Below are positions 34,783 to 43,797 of a stretch of 51,064 nucleotides of DNA, piece after piece. Where the stretch lies: the NCBI GenBank assembly GCA_035328285.1, contig DAOLIZ010000004.1, positions 1 through 51,064 on the forward strand. Direction: 5' to 3'. The first letter of the stretch is position 1; each line of letters opens with the position of its first letter. This stretch comes from Gemmatimonadales bacterium. Its GTDB lineage: Bacteria; Gemmatimonadota; Gemmatimonadetes; Gemmatimonadales; GWC2-71-9. Under the pieces are notes generated by a model that saw nothing but the letters and a program-made list of their open reading frames with translations, searched no databases and had not been told where the DNA came from. A program made the translations under genes and the position numbers.

Positions 34783-35355
34783 ATGACCATCCACCGCATC
34801 CGCCTCCTGGGCGACCCCATCCTCCGTACCCGCTGTGAGCCGATCACCAAGCCCCGCTCCACGGCCGTCCGGGTGATTCTCGACGACATGCGCGAGACGC
34901 TGCGGGATTGGCAGTCCCGCTTCGGGAGCGGTCGAGCCATCGCGGGTCCGCAGATCGGCGCGCCGGTGCGGATGATCTACGTGGAGATGGACAAGCCGTG
35001 GGCGCTCATCAACCCGGAGATCATCGACATCGGCACCGAGGATTTCAGCGTCTGGGACGACTGCTTCTCGTTCCCGAACCTGATGGTGCAGGTGTCACGA
35101 GCCTATCGGATCCGGGTGCAGTATCAGGACATCAAGGGGGAAACCCACGAGGTGGATCTCGAGGGGGACCGCGCCGAGCTGCTGCAGCACGAGATCGACC
35201 ATCTCGACGGGGTGCTGGCGGTGGACCGGCCCCACGGCCTCGATCCCTTCTGCCTGCGTGAAGAGTGGAACCGCCTCCACGCCTCGGAGGGCCGGTATGG
35301 TGAACCGGAGCCGCGCCACGCCAGCTACGCCACGCCACTCACCGGCCTCATCTGA
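34783..35355 (+). CDS. def: peptide deformylase (atypical motif variants)
   Basis: MTIHRIRLLGDPILR. Motif 1 IAGPQIG, motif 2 DDCFSFP (metal Cys kept), motif 3 QHEIDHLDG. About 25-aa C-terminal extension. Confidence 0.85.
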   Translation: MTIHRIRLLGDPILRTRCEPITKPRSTAVRVILDDMRETLRDWQSRFGSGRAIAGPQIGAPVRMIYVEMDKPWALINPEIIDIGTEDFSVWDDCFSFPNLMVQVSRAYRIRVQYQDIKGETHEVDLEGDRAELLQHEIDHLDGVLAVDRPHGLDPFCLREEWNRLHASEGRYGEPEPRHASYATPLTGLI

Positions 35356-35361
35356 CCGGGG

Positions 35362-37488
35362 CTAGAACCAGCGCCCAATCCGCACGAAAATATTGTCGGT
35401 CTTCGTGGTGGTGATCCCGTAGGCGGCCTGGACGTCGCCGATCGGCGTTTCCACCGCGATCCCCGCGCGCACACCTCCCAGCCAATCGGCATCGGCAAAG
35501 AGATCGCCTCCATACGCGCTCCGTCCTGCCGCCGCCAGCACCTCCCAGCGCAGCGAACCCCGGATGGGATGCGAGAGGTTGAGCCCGCCGAAGAGTTCGC
35601 GGTCGCCGCGGAGTTGCTCCACTGCGAGTCCCGGAAAGCCCTGTGTGCCCCCGAGCGGAAACTGATCCTGCAGCGGCAGGTCGGCGCCCCAGCCGAGCCG
35701 GGCGATCGGGGTGACCGACAAGCTCCCGACGGTGACCGTGTACGAGGTCGTGAACGCCGCGCGCTGGTAGGAATCCGACCAGACCAGCGTGGCGTCCGTC
35801 TTCCACGCACCGTGTGGCCGCCGGGCGAAGAACCGGACCCCGGCGCTCGAGCCATCGGAGGTCGAGTCGGGATCCCCGACCGGGACCTCGCCGCCGTTCC
35901 AGCTGCGTCCATCGAACCCGACCCCGAGCACCCACCCGGCGGAGAAGCCCTGTTCCACCCCTGCGAACAGCACGCCCTGCCGGGTATCCGTCCGTCCTGC
36001 ATCGACCCCGTCGCTGGAGTAGAAGTTGATCGCCTGGTTCTCGAGATGAACGGTCACCGTGGGCGCCACCCAGGTGAGGCCTGCACCGAAATACCGGCGG
36101 AACCCCAGCGTGATGTCGTTGGTGAGCGTGCCGACGCCGAGCATCGCGCTCCACTCGATCGGTGAGCCGCCGAGCCGGCGGTCGAGGTACATCATGCCGG
36201 CGCGGGCGCCGAGGTCGCGGTCGTATGCCACCGTCACGCCAGCCAGCCGGGACGGCGCAGGCGATACGGTGGCGTGAAATGCCACGCGATCGTCCGACGC
36301 CGGGCTCGGGTGGAGCCACACGCCGGCGTACGCCCCCAGCCCGCTGACGGCGCTCACCTGCCGGGCGAGCGCGGCCTCGTCGATCGACGACCCCGGGTAG
36401 AGGCCGAGATAGCGCTGGAGCAGGGCGGCATCCGTCGGCGCGCCGCCGCGCAGGGAAAAGCCGGCCACCGCCCGCGGCAGCACGCGGACCGGCGCGGGGC
36501 CGGTCGGGAGACAGGCGGCGCCGGCAAGCATGGAGTCGGCGGCCGCTCGACCGAGCCGCCAGATCGAGTCCACGGTGGCGGGCGCAAAGTCGAGGTTCTT
36601 GAACTGCTGGACATCGGGACGAATGTAGACGTCGGCGGGGCCGAGCGAGTCAGGTGGCTGGAGGAAGAGGAAGCCGGCCAGCTGGTCGGCCACCGCCAGC
36701 GGTCCCGCGTCGAGCTCCTCCTCGGTCAGCAGTTGCGACGACACGTCGGAGATGATCAGGCGATCCACGCCCGGCAGTGCGCGCGCAATCGAGACCGGGA
36801 CGTTGGCGGAGAGCCCGCCATCGATGAGCAGGCGACCGTCGATCCGTTCCGGTGAAAAGACGAGGGGCACCGACATGCTGGCCCGGACCGCCTGCGCGAG
36901 GTCGCCGGAGGAGAGGACGACCGTGTCGCGCGTGGCGAGATCGGTGGCCACCGCGCGGAACGGGATGGGCAATCGATCAAAATCGCCCTGGGCCAGCAGG
37001 TTCGGCCGCAGGAGCAGCGCCGAGATGAGCGCATTGGCGTCGGGCTCGTTGATGGACGGACTCTGGAGCGTGAACCCCTTCTTGCTGACCGCCCAGGTCA
37101 GCAGCGGGGCAAACGGCTGCCAGGCAAGTGGACCAGCCGGGGTCGTGGACGTGAACAGGGTGGCGGGGCTGTACAGCGTGGCGAGGGAATCGGCTTCGTG
37201 CGACGATGCGCCCCCGGCGTAGAGCGCGCCGATGACGGCTCCCATGCTGGTGCCCACGACGTAGTCGGGCCGCACTCCGAGGCTGTCGAGGGCGGCGATG
37301 ACCCCGAGGTGCGCGACGCCCTTGGCACCCCCTCCGGAGAGGACGAGCGCGGTCCGGCCGGCAGGGCAGGCGGGCACCTGCGCGGCCAGCGGCACGACCG
37401 CTGCCGCCAGCGCAACGAAGGTCACGCCAAGCCACCCCTTGCGCCGCGGGAAGGGAGTCCGCAATACTTGCCGCAGGACTCGCCGCAC
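35362..37488 (-). CDS. patatin-like phospholipase fused to an Omp85/surface-antigen beta-barrel (PlpD-like, type Vd secretion)
   Basis: Motifs [15 protein letters not shown] (oxyanion GGxK/R), [10 protein letters not shown] (GxSxG) and [12 protein letters not shown] (catalytic Asp). C-terminal barrel ends ...[12 protein letters not shown] 37488 is chosen so the gene does not overlap the divergent fdxA. Start uncertain. Confidence 0.85.
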   Translation of the reverse strand: MRRVLRQVLRTPFPRRKGWLGVTFVALAAAVVPLAAQVPACPAGRTALVLSGGGAKGVAHLGVIAALDSLGVRPDYVVGTSMGAVIGALYAGGASSHEADSLATLYSPATLFTSTTPAGPLAWQPFAPLLTWAVSKKGFTLQSPSINEPDANALISALLLRPNLLAQGDFDRLPIPFRAVATDLATRDTVVLSSGDLAQAVRASMSVPLVFSPERIDGRLLIDGGLSANVPVSIARALPGVDRLIISDVSSQLLTEEELDAGPLAVADQLAGFLFLQPPDSLGPADVYIRPDVQQFKNLDFAPATVDSIWRLGRAAADSMLAGAACLPTGPAPVRVLPRAVAGFSLRGGAPTDAALLQRYLGLYPGSSIDEAALARQVSAVSGLGAYAGVWLHPSPASDDRVAFHATVSPAPSRLAGVTVAYDRDLGARAGMMYLDRRLGGSPIEWSAMLGVGTLTNDITLGFRRYFGAGLTWVAPTVTVHLENQAINFYSSDGVDAGRTDTRQGVLFAGVEQGFSAGWVLGVGFDGRSWNGGEVPVGDPDSTSDGSSAGVRFFARRPHGAWKTDATLVWSDSYQRAAFTTSYTVTVGSLSVTPIARLGWGADLPLQDQFPLGGTQGFPGLAVEQLRGDRELFGGLNLSHPIRGSLRWEVLAAAGRSAYGGDLFADADWLGGVRAGIAVETPIGDVQAAYGITTTKTDNIFVRIGRWF

Positions 37489-37531
37489 CCCCTGTGCGGC
37501 GGACCATCTTCCCGAGGGAGCGGCTGGCCAG

Positions 37532-37795
37532 ATGACGTACGTGATCACGGAACCCTGCATTGGTGTGAAGGATCGGGCGTGTGTCGACGTCTGCCCGGTG
37601 GATTGCATCTACGAAGGCGAAGACCAGCTCTACATCAATGCGGACGAGTGCATCGATTGTGGCGCCTGCGAGCCGGAATGCCCGGTGACCGCGATCTTCC
37701 CGGAAGAGGATGTCCCGCCGCAATACACCGAGTTCATCGAGAAGAACAAAGTGGTGTTCGAAGGCGACAATCCGCCGGGCCGTCCGGACCGGTAG
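37532..37795 (+). CDS. fdxA: 7Fe ferredoxin (3Fe-4S + 4Fe-4S), FdxA type
   Basis: [56 protein letters not shown], the canonical FdxA Cys pattern. Confidence 0.9.
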   Translation: MTYVITEPCIGVKDRACVDVCPVDCIYEGEDQLYINADECIDCGACEPECPVTAIFPEEDVPPQYTEFIEKNKVVFEGDNPPGRPDR

Positions 37796-37820
37796 CCGAG
37801 CCTCGGGACCACGGTGATGC

Positions 37821-37852
37821 GGCGCCACCCCCTGGGTGGCGCCGTTTCTGTC
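37821..37852 (+). terminator. intrinsic terminator after fdxA
   Basis: GGCGCGCC-type stem: GGCGCCACC-ccctg-GGTGGCGCC is a perfect 9-bp GC-rich stem, followed by GTTTCTGTC. It begins 26 nt after the TAG. Confidence 0.6.
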
Positions 37853-38083
37853 TGGTGCCGAGCTCCAAGGTTCGCCCGACCGGTGACGGCCGGCAAGTGC
37901 TGGCGGAGCGGAGGTGGTGTGGTGATGTGCCGAGGGATAGACGCGAGGCGGCCCCGGAACCGTACTGCTTGGCCGCGGTCCCGGAGCCGTAGGTTGGAAG
38001 GATTACAGAGACGTCGGAGGCCGGCGTGATACCAACCGAACCAGCGCCTCAGTAGATAAGACACCTGAGAGGGCCAAAAGGTT

Positions 38084-39307
38084 TCAGCCCCCCGGCCCGC
38101 CCGACCCTTCCAGCTGCTGCAGGAGGAGCTGGAGGTGCCGGTTGAACGCCTCCGGCTGCTCCAGGGGGGCGAGATGTCCTGCGCCCTCAATAACGGCTAA
38201 CTTCGCTCCAGGTATGGCTTTGGCCATCGTCTCCGACATCGGTGGCGGCGTGATGACGTCCTCCGAGCCGACCGTGACCAGCGTGGGCAGGCCCTGCAGC
38301 GTGGGAAGCAGGTCCGTCGCGTCCGGCCGATCCCGCATGGCCGCAAGCGCCCCGATGAGCCCGGGAACCGGCGTCGCGGCCATCATGGCGCGGACCGCCT
38401 CGCGAAGCGGCTCGGGGGCACCGTTCGCCAGCAGCTTGGGGAGCATCTGCTCGGCGATCAGCGCGGCGCCCCCCTCGCGCGCGTCGGCCATGGCCGTTTC
38501 CCGGGCCCGACGTCCTTCCGCGCTGTCGGCCTGGGCCCGGGTATCGGCGAGCACCAGCGCCCGCACGCGGGGTCGATGGCGCCGGAGGAACTCGAACGCC
38601 ACATATCCCCCCATCGACAGCGCCACCAGCACCACGTCGTCGACACCCACCGCGTCGAGGAGCGCGGCCAGGTCGTCCGCATAGGTGGCCATGCTGTACC
38701 CGAGGTCCGGCGCGTCCGAGCGCCCCATCCCGCGCAGATCGGGAATCAGGGTGCGCCACCCCGGGAAGGCCCCCGCCTGGTGCCGCCACAGTGTGCCGTT
38801 CAGGGGATATCCGTGGACGAACAGCACGGCGGGGCCACTTCCGCGGTCGTCGAGGGCGAGTTCCACGCCGTGCACGGTCACCGGCCGCTGCGAGGCCTCC
38901 GCCGACGGGAGGGCCGGCACGAGAAAGCGCCGGACGGCGTCGGGGATCGGCACGGCGGCGGCGCCGCGGCCGATGCACACGAAGACCGACTCGGCCGTGG
39001 CAATCAGGGTGTCGTCGGCGTCACGACGCGCCACCTGGCGCATGGTGAAGCTCGTCCGGCCAATCCGGGTGACGGCCAGCTGGAAGCGGAGGGACTGGCC
39101 GGGGTAGGCGGGCGCATGGTACTCGATGACGGCGCGGCGGACGGCGGGCCACACGCCTTCGCGCTCGAAGAGGTCCATCCCCGGCCCGTCGGCGAGCATG
39201 TGCCAGCGCGCCCGCTCGAAATAGGCCAGGAACGACGCCTGGTTCAGGTGGCCGTACGTGTCACAGTCACCGGGATAGACGGTGAAGACGACAGGCGCCC
39301 CGGTCAT
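38084..39307 (-). CDS. fusion protein: hotdog-fold acyl-CoA thioesterase (4HBT/YbgC-like) + alpha/beta hydrolase
   Basis: N-terminal YPGDCDTYGHLNQASFLAYFERARW (4HBT). C-terminal VLFVHGYPLNG, VALSMGGYVA (GxSxG) and GAGHLAPLEQPE (catalytic His). Confidence 0.85.
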   Translation of the reverse strand: MTGAPVVFTVYPGDCDTYGHLNQASFLAYFERARWHMLADGPGMDLFEREGVWPAVRRAVIEYHAPAYPGQSLRFQLAVTRIGRTSFTMRQVARRDADDTLIATAESVFVCIGRGAAAVPIPDAVRRFLVPALPSAEASQRPVTVHGVELALDDRGSGPAVLFVHGYPLNGTLWRHQAGAFPGWRTLIPDLRGMGRSDAPDLGYSMATYADDLAALLDAVGVDDVVLVALSMGGYVAFEFLRRHRPRVRALVLADTRAQADSAEGRRARETAMADAREGGAALIAEQMLPKLLANGAPEPLREAVRAMMAATPVPGLIGALAAMRDRPDATDLLPTLQGLPTLVTVGSEDVITPPPMSETMAKAIPGAKLAVIEGAGHLAPLEQPEAFNRHLQLLLQQLEGSGGPGG

Positions 39308-39376
39308 CCGCTATTCTCCCTCTCGCAGCGATCGCCACCCGTTCAAGCCGTCCTCCACCCCAACCGGGAGTCGCCG

Positions 39377-39547
39377 ATGCCCCCGACCACCGACTATATC
39401 CGCCACGCCGCGCGGCTGGCTCGCAAGATCCAGTTGGATGCCGCCCTCGGCGGGTCCCCGGCGCCCGACGCCGAATTCTACAAGACGCTCGCCAAGGCCT
39501 TCGAGGAAATCGCCGCGGGCCTCGAGCTGGTGGCCAAGCGGGACTGA
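39377..39547 (+). CDS. small hypothetical protein (56 aa)
   Basis: GGGAG lies 6 nt upstream of the ATG. Helical sequence MPPTTDYIRHAARLARKIQLD... No homology recognised. Confidence 0.5.
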   Translation: MPPTTDYIRHAARLARKIQLDAALGGSPAPDAEFYKTLAKAFEEIAAGLELVAKRD

Positions 39548-39548
39548 C

Positions 39549-40820
39549 TCAGCTGCCCGCGCCCCGCGTGAGCGGGTACAACCGGACGCGCTCCTGTCCA
39601 TGCCGCTGGCGATACACGCCGAGGACGTAGTCGACCCCGATCTCATCGACACGCAGTCCCTCCGGCGTGGTGACCGTGCCGAGCCAGGTGCCATCCGGGG
39701 CGAAGACGGTCCAGGTCGACGCCGACGCCGGTGGGTTGAGCGGCGCCGAGAGCCAGAGGGCCCCAGTCGCGTCCACGAGCATCCGCCCGAAGGCGGGCTT
39801 CCGGGCCGGGAAGGGGGCCTTCTCCAGGGCCTGGATCAGGCTGCTGTCAAGCGGCGTATTGAACGTCTTGGCCCCGGTCTTGAGTCGGGTAATAGCGGCG
39901 GCGGTGAATTCCTTGGCGTCCGCCTGCGTCACTTCCTCGCGGGGGATCTTCGCCCGGAGCAATCCTGCCGGGGCGCCATCGGGCCCGAACCAGGCGACCT
40001 CGAAGCTGCTCCCGGTCCCGATGAGCACCGTGTCGGCACGGAGGGCGGCAAGCGTGGCAAGGCCGAACGGCACCGGGAAGGGGGAGGGGGGGCCCTCCGG
40101 ACGAACCCGCACGCCGAAGACCTCGCTCTGCGGGAACTTTCCGAACGACGCGGTCGGTGTGCCGTCGAGCGCGAAACGCATGTACATCGCCGAGTCGCGA
40201 ACGACCTGCCCTGCCGCGCCGGGGAACGGGTTCATGGCGCCGGTGAGCCGGACCAGCACGGAGCCGTCGGGGAAGGTGGCCAGCGGTTCGGCCAGCGCCG
40301 CCGGATCGGCGGGCACCAGTGGTGCGGTGCCCACGAGCTTGCCGCGCGCATCGAAGAGCGTCAGGCGGCGGGCGACAAAATCGAATGCCACCAGCGTGTC
40401 CCCCGCCCCTCGCCCGATCCAGCCGAGCGCGTGGAACTGGCCCTCCTCACCACCCCGGCCCCCGACCGACAGCAGCATCTTGCCCGTCGGATCGAAGTAC
40501 TGAATCGTTTGCTGCGAGCCGTCGGCCACCACGATGCGACCGTCGCTCAGCCGCACGACCGGCGCCACGCCGGCAAACGGCTGTGCGGGTTCACCCAGGT
40601 CGAGCGTCGGCTCGCTGGCGATCGTCCACCGCTGGTCCGTACCCCATGCCGGTGCGGTGTCGTTCACCACGCGCACGCCGCTGGAGTCTGCGATCAGGGG
40701 AGCGGCATCGACCGTGGGCGCGTTGACCGGGGTGTCACGGCAGGCGACCAGCGAGGTCAGGACGGCCGTGGTCCAGGCGAGCGAGCGGAGACTGGCGACA
40801 GGGAACGGTCGGGACATCAT
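39549..40820 (-). CDS. lipoprotein, probable 6-bladed beta-propeller
   Basis: ATG 40820 gives MMSRPFPVASLRSLAWTTAVLTSLVAC (lipobox). Repetitive beta-strand-rich body (IVVADGSQQTIQYFDPTGKML, LVAFDFVARRLTLFDARGKLV ...). Confidence 0.75.
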   Translation of the reverse strand: MMSRPFPVASLRSLAWTTAVLTSLVACRDTPVNAPTVDAAPLIADSSGVRVVNDTAPAWGTDQRWTIASEPTLDLGEPAQPFAGVAPVVRLSDGRIVVADGSQQTIQYFDPTGKMLLSVGGRGGEEGQFHALGWIGRGAGDTLVAFDFVARRLTLFDARGKLVGTAPLVPADPAALAEPLATFPDGSVLVRLTGAMNPFPGAAGQVVRDSAMYMRFALDGTPTASFGKFPQSEVFGVRVRPEGPPSPFPVPFGLATLAALRADTVLIGTGSSFEVAWFGPDGAPAGLLRAKIPREEVTQADAKEFTAAAITRLKTGAKTFNTPLDSSLIQALEKAPFPARKPAFGRMLVDATGALWLSAPLNPPASASTWTVFAPDGTWLGTVTTPEGLRVDEIGVDYVLGVYRQRHGQERVRLYPLTRGAGS

Positions 40821-41004
40821 GGCTCCAGATTGCGTTCGTGATTGGATGGAGGGGGCGACGGTGACAGGCAGGAATCTAGACGGGGTGGGAGGAGAAGTCA
40901 GGTGACAGCTAAAGCCGCTGACGCGACACCGTGACGCCACCATTGCTACAATGTATTGGAAATGAGGCAGTTGCGGCCGCTCACCAGTAGCGTCACTATT
41001 CGGC

Positions 41005-42198
41005 ATGCCTGTTTCATCGAACACTGCCCCGCGCTCCGGCTCGCCACTCGAGATCGAGGTCGTGGCGGATCAGGAGGCGTTCGATCGCCTCCTCGACGCG
41101 CTGACCGGCGAGCCGCTGCTCGCCATCGACACCGAGGCGGCCAGCTTTCATCGGTACGAGGACCGGGTCTACCTCCTCCAGATTTCCTCGCGCAACCGCA
41201 CGGCGGTGGTCGATCCCCTCGGTGTGCAGCGGCTCGACCGGTTTGCCGCCATGCTCGCCGATCCACAGATCGAAGTCGTGTTCCATGATGCGGACTACGA
41301 CCTGCGCCTGCTCGAACGCCAGTACGGCATCCGCGCCGCCCGCCTGTTCGACACCCGGATCGCCGCCCAGTTCCTCAACGAACCGGGCATCGGCCTCGCC
41401 GCGCTGCTCCAGAAATATTTCGGGGTCACGCTGAACAAGAAGTATCAGCGCGCCGACTGGTCGGCCCGCCCGCTGTCGGACGAGATGCTGGCGTATGCGG
41501 CCACCGACACGCACTACCTGCCCGCGCTGCGGGATGAACTGCGCGGGCAACTCGAGGCGCGCGGCCGGCTCTCCTGGGTCGAGGAGGAGTTTGCCCTGCT
41601 GGAAGGCGTCGCCTGGGCGGCGGTCGAACCCGGCGAATCGTCCTACCTTCGCCTGAAGGGCGCCAAGGCGCTGAAGGGTCGCGAACTGGCCCTGTTGCGA
41701 GCCGTCTACGACTGGCGCGAGGAGACCGCGCGCCGACTGGACCGCGCGTCATTCCGCATCCTCAACAATGAGCCGCTGTTCACCATGGCACGCCAGCCCC
41801 CGCGCACCCTGGAAGAGCTGCAGCGCGTCAAGGGGGTGGGGCCGGAGACCATCGCCCGGCGCGGCGCCGAGATTCTCGACGCCATCGAGCGGGCCATGGC
41901 AATCCCGGAGCGGGACCTCCCCCGGTTGCCGCGCCTGCCCCGCCGGGCGCCGGATCCGGCGGCGGACGCCCGGCTCGACCGCCTGAAGGCCGCGCGCAAC
42001 CTGATCGCGCGTCGGCTCGACCTGGCACCAGGGGTCACCTGCCCCAACGGCACACTCGAAGAAATTGCCCGCCAGGCGCCGGCGACGCTCGAGGCGCTCG
42101 AGGCAATTCCGTCGATGCGTCGCTGGCAGCGGGAAGAATTCGGGAAGGAACTGCTGGCCGCCGTGCCCGAGCCACCTGCGGCCCCGGCCGGCGGCTGA
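41005..42198 (+). CDS. rnd: ribonuclease D
   Basis: DEDD exonuclease motifs LAIDTEAAS, FHDADYDL and YAATDTHYL, followed by an HRDC-like region. Confidence 0.9.
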   Translation: MPVSSNTAPRSGSPLEIEVVADQEAFDRLLDALTGEPLLAIDTEAASFHRYEDRVYLLQISSRNRTAVVDPLGVQRLDRFAAMLADPQIEVVFHDADYDLRLLERQYGIRAARLFDTRIAAQFLNEPGIGLAALLQKYFGVTLNKKYQRADWSARPLSDEMLAYAATDTHYLPALRDELRGQLEARGRLSWVEEEFALLEGVAWAAVEPGESSYLRLKGAKALKGRELALLRAVYDWREETARRLDRASFRILNNEPLFTMARQPPRTLEELQRVKGVGPETIARRGAEILDAIERAMAIPERDLPRLPRLPRRAPDPAADARLDRLKAARNLIARRLDLAPGVTCPNGTLEEIARQAPATLEALEAIPSMRRWQREEFGKELLAAVPEPPAAPAGG

Positions 42199-42201
42199 CG
42201 G

Positions 42202-42498
42202 CTAGCCGAGGAAGGCCCGCACCCGCGGGTCCATCCGCTCCGGCGTCCAGTACGGCTCCCAGACCAGCTCCACCTCGACGGTGCTGACCCCCTCGAGGTC
42301 GGCCACCACCGACTGCACGTCACCCATGATCTCGGGCCCCGAGGGGCATCCCGGCGAGGTCAGGCTCATCGTGATATGCACGTCGCCCGATTCCGAGACC
42401 GTGATGTCGTAGATCAACCCGATATCCACGACATTCAGCCCCAGTTCGGGATCCTTCACGCCTTTCAGCGCCTTCCGCACCAGATCGGTCGTCACCAT
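42202..42498 (-). CDS. DUF59 / SufT-like Fe-S assembly factor
   Basis: MVTTDLVRKALKGVKDPELGLNVVDIGLIYDI...MSLTSPGCPSGPEI. Strong SD GGAGGTG 5 nt upstream of ATG 42498. Confidence 0.85.
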   Translation of the reverse strand: MVTTDLVRKALKGVKDPELGLNVVDIGLIYDITVSESGDVHITMSLTSPGCPSGPEIMGDVQSVVADLEGVSTVEVELVWEPYWTPERMDPRVRAFLG

Positions 42499-42543
42499 AG
42501 TCCACCTCCGTGATGGCAAGCTATCGGGTCGGTCGGCGGCTCG

Positions 42544-42918
42544 TCAACGCAACGCGCAGCGGTCGCTGCCGGGCCCGAGGTTGTGGCGACGCCGCGCCAC
42601 CCACCGGTACACATGGTCGGCGAGCCGCGCGACGCCGGGCAGGTGCGCGAGCGGCGCGAGGACCTTTCCACCGCGCAGCCAGGGGAGGAGCGCGATGACG
42701 CCGCGTGCGCCGCGCGCCACCCGGCCGTCCGGCAGCACGACATGCAGCGCTTCCTCCAGCTCGGCGTCGGACAGCGCGGGAACGCCCGCCACCTGGTGGC
42801 GCTCCTGGTAGGGCACCTGGCGGAGGCGGCCCCGTCCATCCCAGCGGGCCAGCCGGCGCGACCAGTCGCGGCAGAAACCACAGTGCCCATCATAGAGCAC
42901 CAGCGGACGGTCGGACAC
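42544..42918 (-). CDS. thiol-disulfide oxidoreductase DCC family protein (DUF393)
   Basis: LVLYDGHCGFCR (CxxC) near the N-terminus. GTG start. Confidence 0.85.
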   Translation of the reverse strand: MSDRPLVLYDGHCGFCRDWSRRLARWDGRGRLRQVPYQERHQVAGVPALSDAELEEALHVVLPDGRVARGARGVIALLPWLRGGKVLAPLAHLPGVARLADHVYRWVARRRHNLGPGSDRCALR

Positions 42919-42925
42919 CTGGCCG

Positions 42926-43738
42926 CTACCGCGGCGGCGGAGCGCGGAGCGAGCCGGGAGGCAGCGAGTAGAGCAGCCGGACGGTGGCGCGATCCCGTAC
43001 GGAGGGCACGGTCACCCGCGTCACGGGGTACATCACGTCCGACTCCTCCGCGGAGTGCGGCAGACCGACCGCGTGGCCAAGCTCGTGCACCGCGGCCCCG
43101 AGCAGCGCCTCATCGGTGAAGAGCGAGTCGCCGGCGTTCCGGGTCGCGAGCGACACGTAGGCGCGGACCACCGGCCCCGCATTCGACCAGCGCAGGTTCG
43201 TCTCCCCGGCCTTGTTGCCGCTGGCAAAACTCTCCCGCCACTGGAACACGATGTCCGCGTCGCTGCTGTCGCCGGTAAACGAGAACCAGAGACCGACGTC
43301 CGCCGCCTGCCAGCGCGAGGCGGCCTCCCGGACGAAATCGGCCATCCGGACCCCGTAGTCCTGGGATCCCCCCTCGAGGATGGCGATTCGGAAGGGGCGC
43401 CCTCCCCGGTCGGGCCAGCGGCGGACCAGGGAGTCGGTGCTCGACAGCATCGAATCGAGGTATGTTTGTCCGGCATCGCGGGCGAGGAGCGCCCGCGCGG
43501 CGGCTCGCAGGCTGTCCGGGGCGGTGTCTGGGGCGACATCCGCGTCGGGGGCGGTCGCCGCGGCGACCGACTGGTGCGCGCGCGCCGCCCGGTACCGGCG
43601 GGCAGTACCGACGAACAGCAGGACGACCAGGGCCGTCAGCATCAGGGTGAGCAGTCGCTGCATGAGACGGGAAATATGGGCCGGATGGCGGAGCCGCCGC
43701 CACATCGGGTAGCGGGCAGGGTCCGCGCCCCCTAACAT
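42926..43738 (-). CDS. membrane-anchored matrixin (M10) family metalloprotease
   Basis: VHELGHAVGLPHS (HExxHxxGxxH) and a Met-turn candidate DVMYP. TM anchor LLTLMLTALVVLLFVG. ATG 43705 and ATG 43663 are alternative starts. Confidence 0.8.
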   Translation of the reverse strand: MLGGADPARYPMWRRLRHPAHISRLMQRLLTLMLTALVVLLFVGTARRYRAARAHQSVAAATAPDADVAPDTAPDSLRAAARALLARDAGQTYLDSMLSSTDSLVRRWPDRGGRPFRIAILEGGSQDYGVRMADFVREAASRWQAADVGLWFSFTGDSSDADIVFQWRESFASGNKAGETNLRWSNAGPVVRAYVSLATRNAGDSLFTDEALLGAAVHELGHAVGLPHSAEESDVMYPVTRVTVPSVRDRATVRLLYSLPPGSLRAPPPR

Positions 43739-43797
43739 TGGCGGGTTCGGGTCCCCACCCCCGGCCCCGCCGACCAGGAGAAGACCACGCAGTGTTC

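Noticed and set aside
37853-38083. tRNA gene suggested by ..CCAAGGTTCGCCCGACC..
   Set aside because: There is no complementary T-stem around GGTTCG, and no acceptor, D or anticodon arm arrangement. It does not fold as a cloverleaf by eye.
40860-40996. GGTGACAG direct repeats (40860, 40901), the GTGACGC/GCGTCAC inverted pair (40931/40990) and a GCGACA-N18-TACAAT promoter-like match upstream of rnd
   Set aside because: These are short motifs that could arise by chance in a 184-bp spacer. The promoter consensus for this lineage is unknown, so the support is too weak to call a feature.
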